The position numbers and the translations under genes are program-made. 64,000 nt of DNA. It comes from Candidatus Woesebacteria bacterium (lineage in GTDB: Bacteria; Patescibacteriota; Microgenomatia; UBA8517). Shown here piece after piece: positions 37,255 to 48,900 of the stretch (position 1 is its first letter; every line of letters starts with the position of its first letter). Under the pieces are notes generated by a model. The model searched no databases. It saw nothing but the letters and a program-made list of their open reading frames with translations, and was not told the DNA's origin. The DNA is taken from the NCBI GenBank assembly GCA_016432365.1, contig CP066686.1, positions 554,319 through 618,318 on the forward strand, given 5' to 3'.

Positions 37255-38295
37255 ATGAATAAAAAAATTAGAGTATTGGTATTAATGGGAGGTAAGTCGT
37301 CGGAGCATGATGTTTCTATTGCATCCGGTACCGAAATCTTAAAAAATCTTGATACAAAAAAATATAATGTTTTGCCTGTTATCATTTCCAAAGACGGAAC
37401 AAAATGGATACTTACTGACTCTAAATCACTTCTTAAGCGTAAAAATATTATTTCAAAAGAAGTAACCGACAAAGATATTGTTTTACGGAGTTCAAAATAT
37501 ATTGAAGGTGTAGGTAACGCGTCAATAAAATCTGTGGATGTTGTTTTTATCGCAATGCATGGAAAACATGGTGAAGATGGAAATGTTCAAGGGATGCTCG
37601 AACTCACTGGAATTCCCTATACCGGCTCCGGTGTTCTGGCTTCGGCAATTGGGATGGATAAGGAAATTTTTAGAAAACTACTAGTTCCACAAAATTTAAA
37701 AATTCCCAAGTTTGTTACATTACACGCAAATGAGAAATATCCAAATTTTAAAAAAAAGTTAGGAAGTTTTCCCTATTTTGTTAAACCAGTCAACGGAGGT
37801 TCATCGGTTGGTGCGTCTTTGGCAAGAAACCAAAAAGAACTAGATGAATCAATAAAACTCGCCTTTAATTACGATGATAGGGTGTTAGTCGATGAATATA
37901 TTAGAGGACTTGAGGTGACTTGTGCAGTTATTGGTAACGACAATCCAATCGCTTTACCTGTGGTAGAGATCAGACCATTGAAAGGTGAATTTTTTGATTA
38001 CGAGTCAAAATATACTGAAAGTGGATCAGAGGAAATAGTACCTGCAAGGATTTCCAAGGGCATATCAGAAAAAATTAAAAAAATGGCAATAGATGTCTAT
38101 AAAGCTATTGGTTGCAAGGGTTTTGGTCGGGTTGATTTTATTCTTAAAAATAACAAATATCCTGTTGTTTTGGAAATAAATACGATTCCAGGTATGACCC
38201 CAACCTCTTTACTTCCGAAGGCGGCCAAGGCAGAAGGCATTTCTTATTCCCAATTAGTTGATAAAATAATAGAGTATGCTACAGAAAAAAATTAA
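37255..38295 (+). CDS. ddl: D-alanine--D-alanine ligase
   Basis: IRVLVLMGGKSSEHDVSIASG N-terminus. ATP-grasp fold. C-terminal PGMT motif (EINTIPGMTPTS). Confidence 0.9.
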   Translation: MNKKIRVLVLMGGKSSEHDVSIASGTEILKNLDTKKYNVLPVIISKDGTKWILTDSKSLLKRKNIISKEVTDKDIVLRSSKYIEGVGNASIKSVDVVFIAMHGKHGEDGNVQGMLELTGIPYTGSGVLASAIGMDKEIFRKLLVPQNLKIPKFVTLHANEKYPNFKKKLGSFPYFVKPVNGGSSVGASLARNQKELDESIKLAFNYDDRVLVDEYIRGLEVTCAVIGNDNPIALPVVEIRPLKGEFFDYESKYTESGSEEIVPARISKGISEKIKKMAIDVYKAIGCKGFGRVDFILKNNKYPVVLEINTIPGMTPTSLLPKAAKAEGISYSQLVDKIIEYATEKN

Positions 38296-39427
38296 CCCAT
38301 TTATCAGGTGGTGGGTGACTCCCAAACTTCCGATTCACGATGTATTCGAATTTCCACTTTTGCAAAATAAAAGTTTATTTGCAAAGTACACATTCTTGTT
38401 TTCTCAATGGCTTATCCATCCAATAAAACGAAGATTGGCGAGATGGTATTTGAAACTATTGAAAAAATTTACCGATATTACAATAATTGCGGTGACCGGA
38501 AGTGCCGGGAAAAGTACAACTTCGCAGATGATCTTTAGTATTTTGAAAAATACGGGTAAAACTATCTCAACACTTCCGGGCCTAGATTCGGTTTTTAATA
38601 TTCCAAATACAATTCTGAGAACCCCCTGGGGTACTAAATATTTGATTCTCGAAATGTCAGTCGAATATCCCGGTGAGATGGATTATTATCTCTGGTTAGC
38701 AAGACCCGATATCGGAGTAATCACAAATATTTTTCCGACACATTTACAGTTTTTGGGAAACATAGATGGAGTGTTAAATGAAAAAGGGAAATTGGTATTG
38801 AACCTTCCGAAATCCGGAGTGGCGTTCTTAAATTCTGGAGATCAAAATTTAGTAAAATTTGGGAAAAGGATAAATAAAAAGATTGTGTGGTTTCATTCTG
38901 ACCCCGACCCAATTACCCAGAATTCATTGGTGGCGGAAAAGATAGCAACCTATCTTGGAATTAGTAAAGCGTTGGTGAGAAGTGGAATTGAAAATTATAA
39001 AAAACCCCCACACAGGTTAGATATTTTAAAATTAAAAAATGGGGCAATGGTTTTGGACGATACCTATAGCAGTAACCCGAAATCGGCGTTATCTGCGCTT
39101 CGGTATTTTAATAAAATAGCTAATGGAAAAAAGATTGCAGTTTTGGGTGACATGCTGGAGTTGGGAAAGTATGATGAGCAAGCACATCGTGAACTAGGTA
39201 TAGAAATTGCCAAATCTAATTTTGAAGTTGTGGTTGGTGTGGGGAAGTCTGTAAGGTTTTTAGTAGACGAGGTTAACAAAAAGTCTAAGAAAACAAAGAC
39301 TTATTTGTTCTCCAATACAGAGAGCTCTGCTCGGAAGGTAGAAAGTTTAGTTCAGAGAAATGTGAGCATATTGATTAAGGGATCCAGATCGATTGGTCTC
39401 GATAAGCTTGTAGCCGAACTCTTCTGA
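38276..39427 (+). CDS. murF: UDP-MurNAc-tripeptide--D-Ala-D-Ala ligase
   Basis: IIAVTGSAGKSTTSQMI P-loop, Mur ligase middle and C domains. Position after ddl. Confidence 0.8.
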   Translation: MLQKKINPFIRWWVTPKLPIHDVFEFPLLQNKSLFAKYTFLFSQWLIHPIKRRLARWYLKLLKKFTDITIIAVTGSAGKSTTSQMIFSILKNTGKTISTLPGLDSVFNIPNTILRTPWGTKYLILEMSVEYPGEMDYYLWLARPDIGVITNIFPTHLQFLGNIDGVLNEKGKLVLNLPKSGVAFLNSGDQNLVKFGKRINKKIVWFHSDPDPITQNSLVAEKIATYLGISKALVRSGIENYKKPPHRLDILKLKNGAMVLDDTYSSNPKSALSALRYFNKIANGKKIAVLGDMLELGKYDEQAHRELGIEIAKSNFEVVVGVGKSVRFLVDEVNKKSKKTKTYLFSNTESSARKVESLVQRNVSILIKGSRSIGLDKLVAELF

Positions 39428-39468
39428 TTGCCATACTTTTCACAGAAGTTATATAATTAAGCCACGAT

Positions 39469-40524
39469 ATGACCACACCGAACTTGTTGCCGCTTGGTTT
39501 GGGCCTAATTATCTTCTCTTTTTTGATTTCTTTTGTCCTAATAGTGCCCTATATCGGGCTTTTATATAAATTGAAGCTAACAAGACGTAGAGAAGCTCCG
39601 AAAAGTGGCAAGATACCTCTTTTTGACAAGCTCCATGACATAAAAACCGGTACACCCGTGGGAGGAGGGATTTTTATTATCTTTCTCGTCACTTTGTTCT
39701 TTGCCATTCTATTTCCCCTGTCTTCTAGACTTGGTGTGTATATAAAGACGTCATATCCGCTTAGAGAAGAACTTTTTATAATATTTTTTACTTTTTTGAG
39801 CTTTGGGCTTTTGGGTTTACTTGACGATATTCTCAAAATTTTTGCAAGACCCACAAGGGGTGTTTTGGGTCTGTGGTTTGGTCTTAGAAGGTGGCAAAAA
39901 TTTATTCTTCAGTGGATTCTGGGTTTAACCGTCGGATTTTTGATTTATCAGAATTTGGGTATACATATTGTTAACATTCCTCTTTTGCACATCGTTTTTG
40001 ATATGGGTATTTGGTATATCCCATTTGCCGCGTTTATGCTTGTGGCTTTTTCGAATGCGTTCAATGTAACCGACGGTTTGGATGGTTTGGCCTCAGGCCT
40101 TCTTATTATATGTTTGGCTGCATTTGGTGTAATAATTGCGGGACACTTGGATACACCGCTTTCACTTTTTGTAGCGCTTTGGTTAGGATCTTTATTTGCA
40201 TTTTTGTATTTTAATATTTGGCCAGCCAGAATTTTCTTGGGAGACTCAGGGGCATTGTCTTTTGGGGCGAGCCTCGCTGTTATCGGTTTACTTTCTGGGA
40301 GTATTATTGCGCTTTTGGTAATGGGTGGAATTTTTGTTATAGAACTGGCTTCTTCCGCAATTCAAATTTTTGGTTGGAAGATGTTTAATAAACCGATTTT
40401 TCCACTTGCTCCGATTCACCATGCCTTTTTGGCAATAGGTTGGGAGGAACCGAAAATAGTAATGCGAGCGTGGCTTTTGGGTATACTCCTCGCTATTTTT
40501 GGGCTCTGGTTGGCCACAATATGA
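39469..40524 (+). CDS. mraY: Phospho-N-acetylmuramoyl-pentapeptide transferase
   Basis: NAFNVTDGLDGLASG and DDxxK-type motifs. 10 TM. Confidence 0.9.
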   Translation: MTTPNLLPLGLGLIIFSFLISFVLIVPYIGLLYKLKLTRRREAPKSGKIPLFDKLHDIKTGTPVGGGIFIIFLVTLFFAILFPLSSRLGVYIKTSYPLREELFIIFFTFLSFGLLGLLDDILKIFARPTRGVLGLWFGLRRWQKFILQWILGLTVGFLIYQNLGIHIVNIPLLHIVFDMGIWYIPFAAFMLVAFSNAFNVTDGLDGLASGLLIICLAAFGVIIAGHLDTPLSLFVALWLGSLFAFLYFNIWPARIFLGDSGALSFGASLAVIGLLSGSIIALLVMGGIFVIELASSAIQIFGWKMFNKPIFPLAPIHHAFLAIGWEEPKIVMRAWLLGILLAIFGLWLATI

Positions 40525-41604
40525 ATGAAAAAGATTGATAAGAAGTTTTTTTGGCTGATACTTTCCTTTGTCGTCGTTGGCTTGATAGCCGTTGCCGATG
40601 TCTCGGCTCCCCAGGCGCTCAATGCCTATGGAGACAAGTTTTTTCTACTCCGTCAGCAGGTTGTATGGGCGGCCATCGGAGTGGTTGCGCTTATCATTAC
40701 GATGAATATACATTATTCGTTTTGGGAAAAAGTGGCGACTCCGTTTTTTTTTCTTTCGGTGTTTTTTCTCTTAATTGTTCTACTTCCCCATTTGAGTTTT
40801 GCGGCGTTGGGTGCCCGAAGATGGATTTCTATAGGGAGTTTCAACTTCCAACCTTCAGAACTAGTCAAACTTAGTCTTGCTATGTATTTGGCGAAAATTG
40901 CTACTAAAAATAAAGGACCCGCTGCTTATTTTGTTCCTCTGGTTATTGTAACTGGTTTAATAATGTTACAGCCCGATTTGGGTACAACTTTAGTGGTTGC
41001 AACAATCGGACTTTCACAAATATTTATTTCCGGTATGAATTTATCGTATTTTTTTGGTGCACTTGTCGCCGGGGCCTTGGGCACGATCGGTCTTATTCTA
41101 GCCTCTCCATATAGAAGAGACCGTCTACTCACTTTTTTTGAAACAACAAGCGACCCACTGGGAAAGGGTTATCATATTAGGCAAATTCTATTAGCATTGG
41201 GGTCGGGTGGAATATTTGGTGTGGGTTTAGGGGCTTCGAGGCAAAAATATTTGTTTTTACCTGAGGCCTCAACTGACTCGATTTTCGCAGTCATTGCTGA
41301 AGAGTTGGGACTGATTGGCTCGGTTGTAATTATTTTTCTGTACGCATATTTGTTTGTCAAGGGAGTTAGGATTGCGAAACGCGCACCGGACAAATTTTCA
41401 AAAATACTCGCAATCGGTATTGTTGCTTGGATTTCCGGACAAGCATTTTTAAACATTGCATCAATGGTGTCGTTCACTCCACTGACCGGTATACCATTGC
41501 CGTTTTTATCTTATGGAGGAACAAGTTTGGTGATGATATTATCGGCATGTGGAATACTTTTAAATATTTCAAAATATGAAACTTACGAAAATGCAAAGCA
41601 TTAA
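40525..41604 (+). CDS. ftsW: SEDS-family peptidoglycan glycosyltransferase FtsW
   Basis: SEDS signature region (DLGTTLVV, PEASTDSIFAVIAEELG, LPFLSYGGTS). Position between mraY and murG. Confidence 0.85.
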   Translation: MKKIDKKFFWLILSFVVVGLIAVADVSAPQALNAYGDKFFLLRQQVVWAAIGVVALIITMNIHYSFWEKVATPFFFLSVFFLLIVLLPHLSFAALGARRWISIGSFNFQPSELVKLSLAMYLAKIATKNKGPAAYFVPLVIVTGLIMLQPDLGTTLVVATIGLSQIFISGMNLSYFFGALVAGALGTIGLILASPYRRDRLLTFFETTSDPLGKGYHIRQILLALGSGGIFGVGLGASRQKYLFLPEASTDSIFAVIAEELGLIGSVVIIFLYAYLFVKGVRIAKRAPDKFSKILAIGIVAWISGQAFLNIASMVSFTPLTGIPLPFLSYGGTSLVMILSACGILLNISKYETYENAKH

Positions 41605-42697
41605 AATTGTCTTAACAGGCGGGCATGCAGCAACAACAGGGATAGCTGTTGTTGAAGAAATAAGGAGGAGAGCAATATTGAAAGATTCCGAAATTTATTG
41701 GATTGGCTCCCTAACAGCAATAGAGGGTTCAAAAATCTCAACAATCGAATCCCGGACTTTTCCTAAAATCGGCGTCAATTTTATTCCGATTACAGCCGGA
41801 AAAATTCAGACCAAATTTACCAAACATACAATTCCATCCTTATTAAAAATTCCAGTCGGTTTTATCCAGGCCTTTTGGTTGTTACTGAAAATTAAACCCA
41901 AAGTGACACTTTCTTTTGGTGGTTATTCGTCGTTTCCTGTAATTTTTTGGTCATGGGTTTTTAGAATCCCGGTGATTTTACATGAGCAAACAGTGGTAGC
42001 CGGTCGCGCATCAATTTCTTCAGCTTTTTTTGCAACAAAAATTGCCTTGGCAAGGCTCGAAAGCCAAATATATTTTCCAAAAAATAAATCGATAGTCACG
42101 GGAAACCCGTTGATGACCAATGTCTTGAATATAAAAAACAAGACAGTTCTAGGAAAACCCCCAACAATATTGGTTATAGGCGGTTCGCGCGGTTCCAATT
42201 TTATTAATGATTTAGTTATGGAAATGGCAAAATCAATACTTGTTCATAATATTTTAATTCACATAACAGGGGAGAGAGATTTTGAAAAAGTGGAAAAGTT
42301 TAAAGATAGATTGCCACCAAATTTGAGGATTAATTATAAAATTTATTCGTCAATCAATCCTTCAGAAATGGGAAATTATTATTCTCGGACAGATTTGGTT
42401 ATTAGCAGGTCGGGTGCCAATTCCGTATCGGAAATTATTTACGCCCGTCGTCCCGCAATATTAATTCCGCTCCCCAGAACTTTTTTGGACGAACAAGTAA
42501 AAAATGCCAAGTATGCGGAAAGCTTCGGATTCTCCTCAGTTTTTTTGGAAAAAGATGCTACTCCAGAAGTGGTATTAAAAGAAATTAATCGTTTTCTGAA
42601 AGATTGGAACCAACTAGTTAGAAAAGCAGAAGAACATCTTAGTCAGGACACAGACGCTTCTAAAAAGATTGTTGATTTGGTAGCGGAGTATATATGA
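41576..42697 (+). CDS. murG: UDP-GlcNAc:lipid I GlcNAc transferase
   Basis: IVLTGGHAATTG (G-loop 1), IGGSRGS (G-loop 2). GT28 N and C domains. Confidence 0.85.
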   Translation: MKLTKMQSIKIVLTGGHAATTGIAVVEEIRRRAILKDSEIYWIGSLTAIEGSKISTIESRTFPKIGVNFIPITAGKIQTKFTKHTIPSLLKIPVGFIQAFWLLLKIKPKVTLSFGGYSSFPVIFWSWVFRIPVILHEQTVVAGRASISSAFFATKIALARLESQIYFPKNKSIVTGNPLMTNVLNIKNKTVLGKPPTILVIGGSRGSNFINDLVMEMAKSILVHNILIHITGERDFEKVEKFKDRLPPNLRINYKIYSSINPSEMGNYYSRTDLVISRSGANSVSEIIYARRPAILIPLPRTFLDEQVKNAKYAESFGFSSVFLEKDATPEVVLKEINRFLKDWNQLVRKAEEHLSQDTDASKKIVDLVAEYI

Positions 42698-43362
42698 TAA
42701 GGAGACTTCCATATTTTTTGATATTAATTTGTTTTGCTTTGGTGTTTCTCTCTCCTTTTTTCATAAAGATTAAGATAAACTGTAAAAGTCAGTTCGGTTC
42801 CTGTCCTGAAAGGGTTTTATCTAGAATTGGTGTTTTCAACGGTAAAAATTTATACATTGCGAAGAGAAATATCGGGAAAATACTATCTTCCGATTTCACA
42901 ATTTCGAATTACAGTTTGCAGTTTAAGTTGCCGAATATTTTGGAAACTTACATAGTTGTAAAAAAACCGTTTGCAGCCTTGGTCGATAGAAATACTAAGA
43001 TAGCTGCTTTGGTTGATGGTGATGGAAAAATACTGTCTTTCGGATCAGACTCAACCCTCCCAACCGTGACGACAGACTTAATCAATCAAAGTGAAGGTCA
43101 AAGGGTTACCGATAGAGATTTTTTTGCGCTTAAAATAATTGCAGGTGTTTTTCAAATGTATCAAATTAGGACTGGCGAAATGGATTCGGAGAGTTTGGTT
43201 GTTGAACTCTCACCACAAATCAGAGTAATATTTCCATTGTACGGAGATTCTGACATTTTGCTTGGAAGCTTGAGGTTGATATACTCTAAGATTAGTGAAC
43301 CTGACAATACGGGCAAATTTTCCGAAATTGACTTGCGTTTTAAAAATGCAGTATTAAGATGA
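42694..43362 (+). CDS. ftsQ: FtsQ/DivIB-like division protein (bitopic, POTRA-like)
   Basis: N-terminal TM, about 190-aa extracytoplasmic domain, canonical position before ftsA. Weak sequence signal. Confidence 0.5.
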   Translation: MIRRLPYFLILICFALVFLSPFFIKIKINCKSQFGSCPERVLSRIGVFNGKNLYIAKRNIGKILSSDFTISNYSLQFKLPNILETYIVVKKPFAALVDRNTKIAALVDGDGKILSFGSDSTLPTVTTDLINQSEGQRVTDRDFFALKIIAGVFQMYQIRTGEMDSESLVVELSPQIRVIFPLYGDSDILLGSLRLIYSKISEPDNTGKFSEIDLRFKNAVLR

Positions 43363-43370
43363 ACTAAACA

Positions 43371-44636
43371 ATGACTAAAACAAGAATTGTAGCGGCAATT
43401 GAAATGGGCTCGACTAAAATAGCTACCCTAATTAGTCAGGTTGCAATTGACCCTGTTAGTACCGAGACTTCGATTAATATTGCGGGAGCAGCAACTACCG
43501 ACTCTCGTGGAATAAAAAAAGGTCAAATAGTTGACATAGAAGAGGCGACCGAAGCCACAATTGCTTCGATAGAAGCCGCCGAAAGAATGGCCGGTTATAA
43601 TTTAGATACAGCTTACGTATCTATCGGAGGAGCACATATTCATTCACAGAATTCTCATGGAGTAGTTGCAGTTTCGGATCCCAGTGGTGAAATCAGTCAA
43701 AACGATGTTGATCGTGCGATTGAGGCGGCGAGCGCAATCTCTATTCCAGCCTCGCGCGAGATTATTCATGTGTTGCCCAGAGAATTTATTGTTGATGGGG
43801 AGAGTGGTGTACGTGACCCGGTAGGAATGAGCGGTGTAAGGCTTGAGGTCGATACTCATATAATTTCTGCCGGCGTAGGTCCGATTAAAAATGCAAAAAA
43901 GGCAATTCAGGAGGCCGGTGTAAAAATTGAGGACCTCGTTTTTTCGGGGCTGGCAGCGGCAGAAGCTGTTATCTCTCCCACAGAGAAAGAACTGGGATGT
44001 GTTTTAATTGATATTGGTGGTGGAACGACTTCAATTGTGGTTTATGTTGACGGCGCACTTACTTACTCCGGTGTTATTCCGGTTGGGGCAAAGAATGTGA
44101 CAAACGATTTGGCAATCGGCCTTCGAGTCTCACTCGAAACTGCGGAGAAAATTAAACTGGCACTTTCTAAAAAACCAAGAAAAGATAAGATCGAGGAAGA
44201 CGATATGGATTTGGAAGGTTTGGGAGTAACCGAGGTTAGAAAGATTTCCAGAAAAACGCTTTTAGAGGGGATAATTAGACCCCGGTTGAATGAAATATTT
44301 ACTATGGTTAGAATTGAACTTGAAAGAGAAGGCTTATCTGTTCGTATTCCTTCGGGTGCGATTATCACCGGTGGTGGAGCGGAAACCGCTGGAGTAGTAG
44401 ATTCAGCAAAAAGAATGCTTTCCCTCCCGGTACGCATCGGGATCCCGAGAGGAGTGGGTGGTCTAATCGACGATATAATGAATCCATCCTTTGCGACATG
44501 TGTTGGACTGCTACATTATGGTGCAAAGGCGTTACCGAATGAAAACTTGACAAGTTTTGGGAAAAAGATAAGACTACCTAAGATGACCGGAATGTTTGGA
44601 AAAGTGATTGATTCGATTAAAGACCTTCTGCCCTAG
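43371..44636 (+). CDS. ftsA: Cell division protein FtsA
   Basis: Actin-fold motifs IVAAIEMGSTKI (phosphate 1), LIDIGGGTTSI (phosphate 2), IITGGGAE (adenosine). Confidence 0.9.
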   Translation: MTKTRIVAAIEMGSTKIATLISQVAIDPVSTETSINIAGAATTDSRGIKKGQIVDIEEATEATIASIEAAERMAGYNLDTAYVSIGGAHIHSQNSHGVVAVSDPSGEISQNDVDRAIEAASAISIPASREIIHVLPREFIVDGESGVRDPVGMSGVRLEVDTHIISAGVGPIKNAKKAIQEAGVKIEDLVFSGLAAAEAVISPTEKELGCVLIDIGGGTTSIVVYVDGALTYSGVIPVGAKNVTNDLAIGLRVSLETAEKIKLALSKKPRKDKIEEDDMDLEGLGVTEVRKISRKTLLEGIIRPRLNEIFTMVRIELEREGLSVRIPSGAIITGGGAETAGVVDSAKRMLSLPVRIGIPRGVGGLIDDIMNPSFATCVGLLHYGAKALPNENLTSFGKKIRLPKMTGMFGKVIDSIKDLLP

Positions 44637-44709
44637 TTGTATTTTATTCTTGCCCACGATACAATCCTGCTTGTTAGCATGTTATTGGTCTTTTTAAATT
44701 TTCTTTAAC

Positions 44710-44735
44710 AATATTTCTTTTTGAAAAGAAATATT
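44710..44735. promoter_or_regulatory. Perfect 12-2-12 AT-rich palindrome AATATTTCTTTT-tg-AAAAGAAATATT ending 3 nt before the ftsZ ATG
   Basis: Seen directly in the sequence. Covers the position where the ftsZ RBS should be. Confidence 0.4.
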
Positions 44736-44738
44736 GAA

Positions 44739-45899
44739 ATGTCTATGGCACTTGTTAAACCTGATTCAGCTAGAATAGCAAAAATAAAAGTAATAGGTGT
44801 TGGTGGTGGTGGTGGAAACGCGGTTTCTTCAATGATTGACGCCGGTACGATTAGTGGAGTTGAGTTTATTGCATTAAATACCGATGCGCAGGTACTTCTT
44901 CAAAATAAAGCTCCGACAAAACTCCAGATCGGAGAAAAGCTTACAAAGGGGCTTGGAGTTGGTGGAAATCCTGAAATTGGCGCACAAGCGGCAGAAGAGT
45001 CGGTAGAAAAAATAAAAGAACTTTTGATTGACAGCGATATGGTTTTTGTAACCGCAGGGATGGGTGGTGGAACCGGAACGGGAGCGGCGCCTGTTATTGC
45101 AAGGCTAGCAAAAGAAAGTGGGGCGCTCACTGTCGGAGTAGTCACTAAGCCCTTTGCCTTTGAAGGCACAAGGCGGGCTGTTGCAGCTGAGGATGGAATT
45201 GAAAAACTTAAAGAGTCAACAGACACTCTAATAGTTATTCCAAATCAACGCCTAATGGATGTTATAGATCGGAAGATGACTCTTCTTGAGGCATTTAAAG
45301 TGGTCGACTCTGTACTGGGACAGGCAGTTGGGGGGATTGCGGATATTATCACTACGGCAGGGCTAGTTAACGTGGATTTTGCTGACGTTAAAACTATCAT
45401 GAAAGACGCGGGAAGTGCGCTATTGGGTATCGGGACAGGAGCCGGTGAAAATAGAGCTCAAATGGCGGCACGTGCGGCGGTTTCTTCACCACTTCTCGAT
45501 TTGTCTATTGAGGGAGCCAGGGGAGTCCTATTCAATATTGCCGGTGGGAATGATTTGACTATGTTTGAAGTCGACGAGGCTGCGAGAATTATTTCATCTG
45601 CAGCAGACCCGGATGCCAACGTCATTTTTGGCGCGGTGATTAAAGAGGGTCTAAATGATCAGGTTAGGATTACTGTTATAGCCACAGGTTTCGATGAAAC
45701 CCGTTCCCGCCTGGCGCAAATGAGTAAACCTATTCAAAAGCCTATTGTGCAAGGGGTTGTAAGTGAACCCGTCATTAACAGAAAAGATGAACAAAACAAT
45801 AGGGATACTGAACCGCCGGAAAATTCTGACGATTCAGGTGACGACGATGTGTTTGGTGAAAAATTTGAAATCCCCGCTTTCCTCCGTAAAATCAACTAG
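44739..45899 (+). CDS. ftsZ: Cell division GTPase FtsZ
   Basis: [17 protein letters not shown] (tubulin signature), T7 loop, acidic C-terminal tail with conserved DIPAFLRK peptide. The ORF-track start at 44721 is TTG; the first ATG is at 44739. Confidence 0.9.
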   Translation: MSMALVKPDSARIAKIKVIGVGGGGGNAVSSMIDAGTISGVEFIALNTDAQVLLQNKAPTKLQIGEKLTKGLGVGGNPEIGAQAAEESVEKIKELLIDSDMVFVTAGMGGGTGTGAAPVIARLAKESGALTVGVVTKPFAFEGTRRAVAAEDGIEKLKESTDTLIVIPNQRLMDVIDRKMTLLEAFKVVDSVLGQAVGGIADIITTAGLVNVDFADVKTIMKDAGSALLGIGTGAGENRAQMAARAAVSSPLLDLSIEGARGVLFNIAGGNDLTMFEVDEAARIISSAADPDANVIFGAVIKEGLNDQVRITVIATGFDETRSRLAQMSKPIQKPIVQGVVSEPVINRKDEQNNRDTEPPENSDDSGDDDVFGEKFEIPAFLRKIN

Positions 45900-45948
45900 T
45901 CAAACCCGCCTTGAATGAGTAGGGGTGAAATAGTAAAATAGCTCCATA

Positions 45949-48900
45949 GTGTCCACGCGTAAGCCCTACTTTGAGCCTGTTGACCTCAAAGTCGATTTTC
46001 CTAAAATGGAAAATAGGCTTCTGGAAGTTTGGGCTAAAAAAGGCTTAGTCAAGAAATATCTTCAAAAAAATTCAAAATCCACAAAACATTTTTCTTTCCT
46101 TGATGGCCCTATTACAGCCAACAATCCAATGGGTGTACACCATGCCTGGGGGCGTACCTATAAAGATTTGTGGCGCAGGTTTAAAAACATGCAGGGCTTT
46201 AATCAGCGTTTTCAAAATGGTTTTGATGCCCAGGGTCTTTGGGTAGAGGTCGAGGTCGAAAAGGAATTGGGATTCAAAAGCAAAAAAGACATAGAAACTT
46301 TTGGTGTTGCCAAATTCGTTCAGCTTTGTCGCGATAGGGTGAAGAAATACTCCGGTATTCAAACGGAACAGAGTAAGCGCTTAGGTTACTTCATGGATTG
46401 GGATAACTCATATTACACATTAAGCGATGATAACAATTATATGATTTGGGATTTTTTGAAGAAGTGTTACGACAACGGCTGGATCTACAAAGGGAATGAT
46501 TCTGTTCCTTGGTGCCCGAGATGTGAAACGGCCATCTCTCAACACGAAATGCTTACTGAAGACTATAAAGAAATCACACACGAATCTGTGTATTTGGCGT
46601 TTCCTGTTGTTGGGGTAGTCGATGAATATTTTATGGTTTGGACAACAACTCCGTGGACTATCCCCGCCAATATCGCAATAGCGGTAGATGAAAAGCTTGA
46701 GTATTCACTTGTTGAGGTCAAGAAAAGAAGATATTGGATGGCGAAGGATACAGTTTCCCGGGTCCTTTCCGGTGAGAGTTATAAGGTTATAAAGACTACC
46801 AAGGGTGGGAAACTTGTGGGTTTAAGATACAAAGGCGCTTTTGATAATTTACCTGGAGTGGTTGCTGCTTCATCAAAAAATGATGCTAAGTTCCATAATA
46901 TTGTTGCTACGGACAATTTAATTTTACCAATAACCGTAGATGAAGGAACAGGACTTGTGCACACTGCGGTTTCGGCAGGAAGTGAGGATTTTAAACTTGG
47001 TAAAAAACTTGGTTTGCCGATGATCCCGGTGATCAACGATGATGCGTCCTATGTGGAAGGACTGGGAGAATTTTCGGGTCTAAACGCTAAAAAGCATCCG
47101 GAAATAATTTTAGATTACCTACACAATCTGGACAATGAAGGAAGCCACTTCCTTTTCAAAACTGAGAAATATACTCACAGATACCCCGCCTGTTGGAGGT
47201 GTAAGACTGAACTTGTTTGGAAAGTAACTGACGAGTGGTACGTGGCAATGGATAAACCATTGCAAATCTCAAAAATCAAATCTCAAAAATCAAAATTGAA
47301 TAAATGGGGGGATGAAGACGAGGAACCAAAAGCACTAGACACAAGGACGTTAAGAGAGAGGATGAAAGATGTCACTAGTAAAATCAACTGGATTCCCGGT
47401 TTTGGGCTTGACCGTGAGATGGATTGGTTATCTAATATGCACGATTGGCTCATTAGCAAGAAAAATAGGTATTGGGGGCTTGCTCTTCCAATTTGGGAAT
47501 GTAAGAAATGTGGGAATTTTGAAGTTGTCGGTTCCAAAGAAGAACTTAAAAACCTTGCCGTTGTCGGATGGGAGAAATTTGATGGTAAGACTCCCCATAA
47601 ACCCCAAATAGACGAGGTTAAAATCAAGTGCTCCCGGTGCGGAAGCGTTATGGGTAGAATTGAGCCGGTCGGAAACCCGTGGTTGGACGCAGGGATAATT
47701 CCATATTCAACGATTAGCGAAAATAACAAGGCTGCCAACTTTGAGGTGACAAAAACCAAACCTTTATATCTTACAGACCGGGCTAGATGGGAAAAATGGT
47801 TCCCCGCAGATTTTATTACCGAAAGTTTCCCCGGACAATTTAAGAACTGGTTTTATTCACTTATCGCTATGAGTACAGTTATGGAAGACATGGAACCTTT
47901 TAAGACCGTCTTGGGGTATGCCACATTATTCGACGAAAAGGGGAATGCTATGCACAAAAGTTCGGGAAACATGATTGAATTTACCCAAGGAGCAGATCAA
48001 ATGGGCGTTGATGTGATGAGGTGGATGTTTGCACGTCAGAATCCAGGAGAAAATTTGTTGTTTGGATATAAAGTTGCGGACGAAGTCAGAAGGAGATTCC
48101 ATTTAAAGATTTGGAATGTTTACAACTTTTTTGTGACTTATGCCAATTTGGACGGATGGAGGCCAAGTAAAAAGGAAGAACGAAGAGTGAAAAGCGATAA
48201 CGTTTTGGACAAATGGATTTTGGTTAGTCTTAACCAAACTTTACAGCTGGTTACAGACAGACTTGAGAAATTCGATGCTTATGCTGGGGCTAACGAAATT
48301 GAAAAATTCGTTGACGACTTAAGCCTTTGGTATATAAGAAGGTCCCGTGACAGGGTAGGTCCTGCGGCGGAATCTGAGGATGATAAAGAAGCTTTTTATT
48401 TTACTACCCATTTCGTGTTAGTGACATTATCCAAACTTTTAGCCCCGTTTATGCCTTTTATATCTGAAACGTTGTTTACAAACTTAACCAAGGAAGAGTC
48501 GGTGCATTTGAGTGACTGGCCGGTTGTAAATAACAAATCACAAATCTCTAATCTAAAACTATTGAAGGAAATGAAAATAGCGCGTGAGATTGTAGAAAAA
48601 GCACATTCTATACGTAAAGAAAAGGAAGTTAGTGTTAAACAGCCTCTTAATTCCTACTCGGTAGCACTTCAGCAGGTTTCTAAAAATCTTGAATATTTAA
48701 TAAAGGATGAAATTAACGTAAAGAAATTAATTTGGGGATCAAAAGAAGATGAATTTGATTTAAAAATTACACCTGAACTTTCCGAAGAGGCTAAAATTCG
48801 GGACTTGGCACGCAGGATTCAGGAAGAAAGAAAATTATTGGGTCTAAATCTTACTCAGAAGGTTAATGTGCAATTAGAGGTGATTCCGTTGGATAAAAAA

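Noticed and set aside
40011-40874. Alternate-frame + ORFs (67 and 107 aa) inside mraY and ftsW
   Set aside because: Cys/Gly-rich out-of-frame translations of well-supported membrane-protein genes.
45900-45948. T-box or other leader RNA upstream of ileS (and glyQS at 19341-19343)
   Set aside because: The intergenic spaces are only about 50 nt and 3 nt, far too short for a T-box riboswitch (about 250 nt). No specifier/T-box consensus seen.
47283-47759. 158-aa minus-strand ORF inside ileS
   Set aside because: Antisense to a 1010-aa gene with clear class I aaRS motifs. Ser/Leu/Phe-rich shadow ORF.
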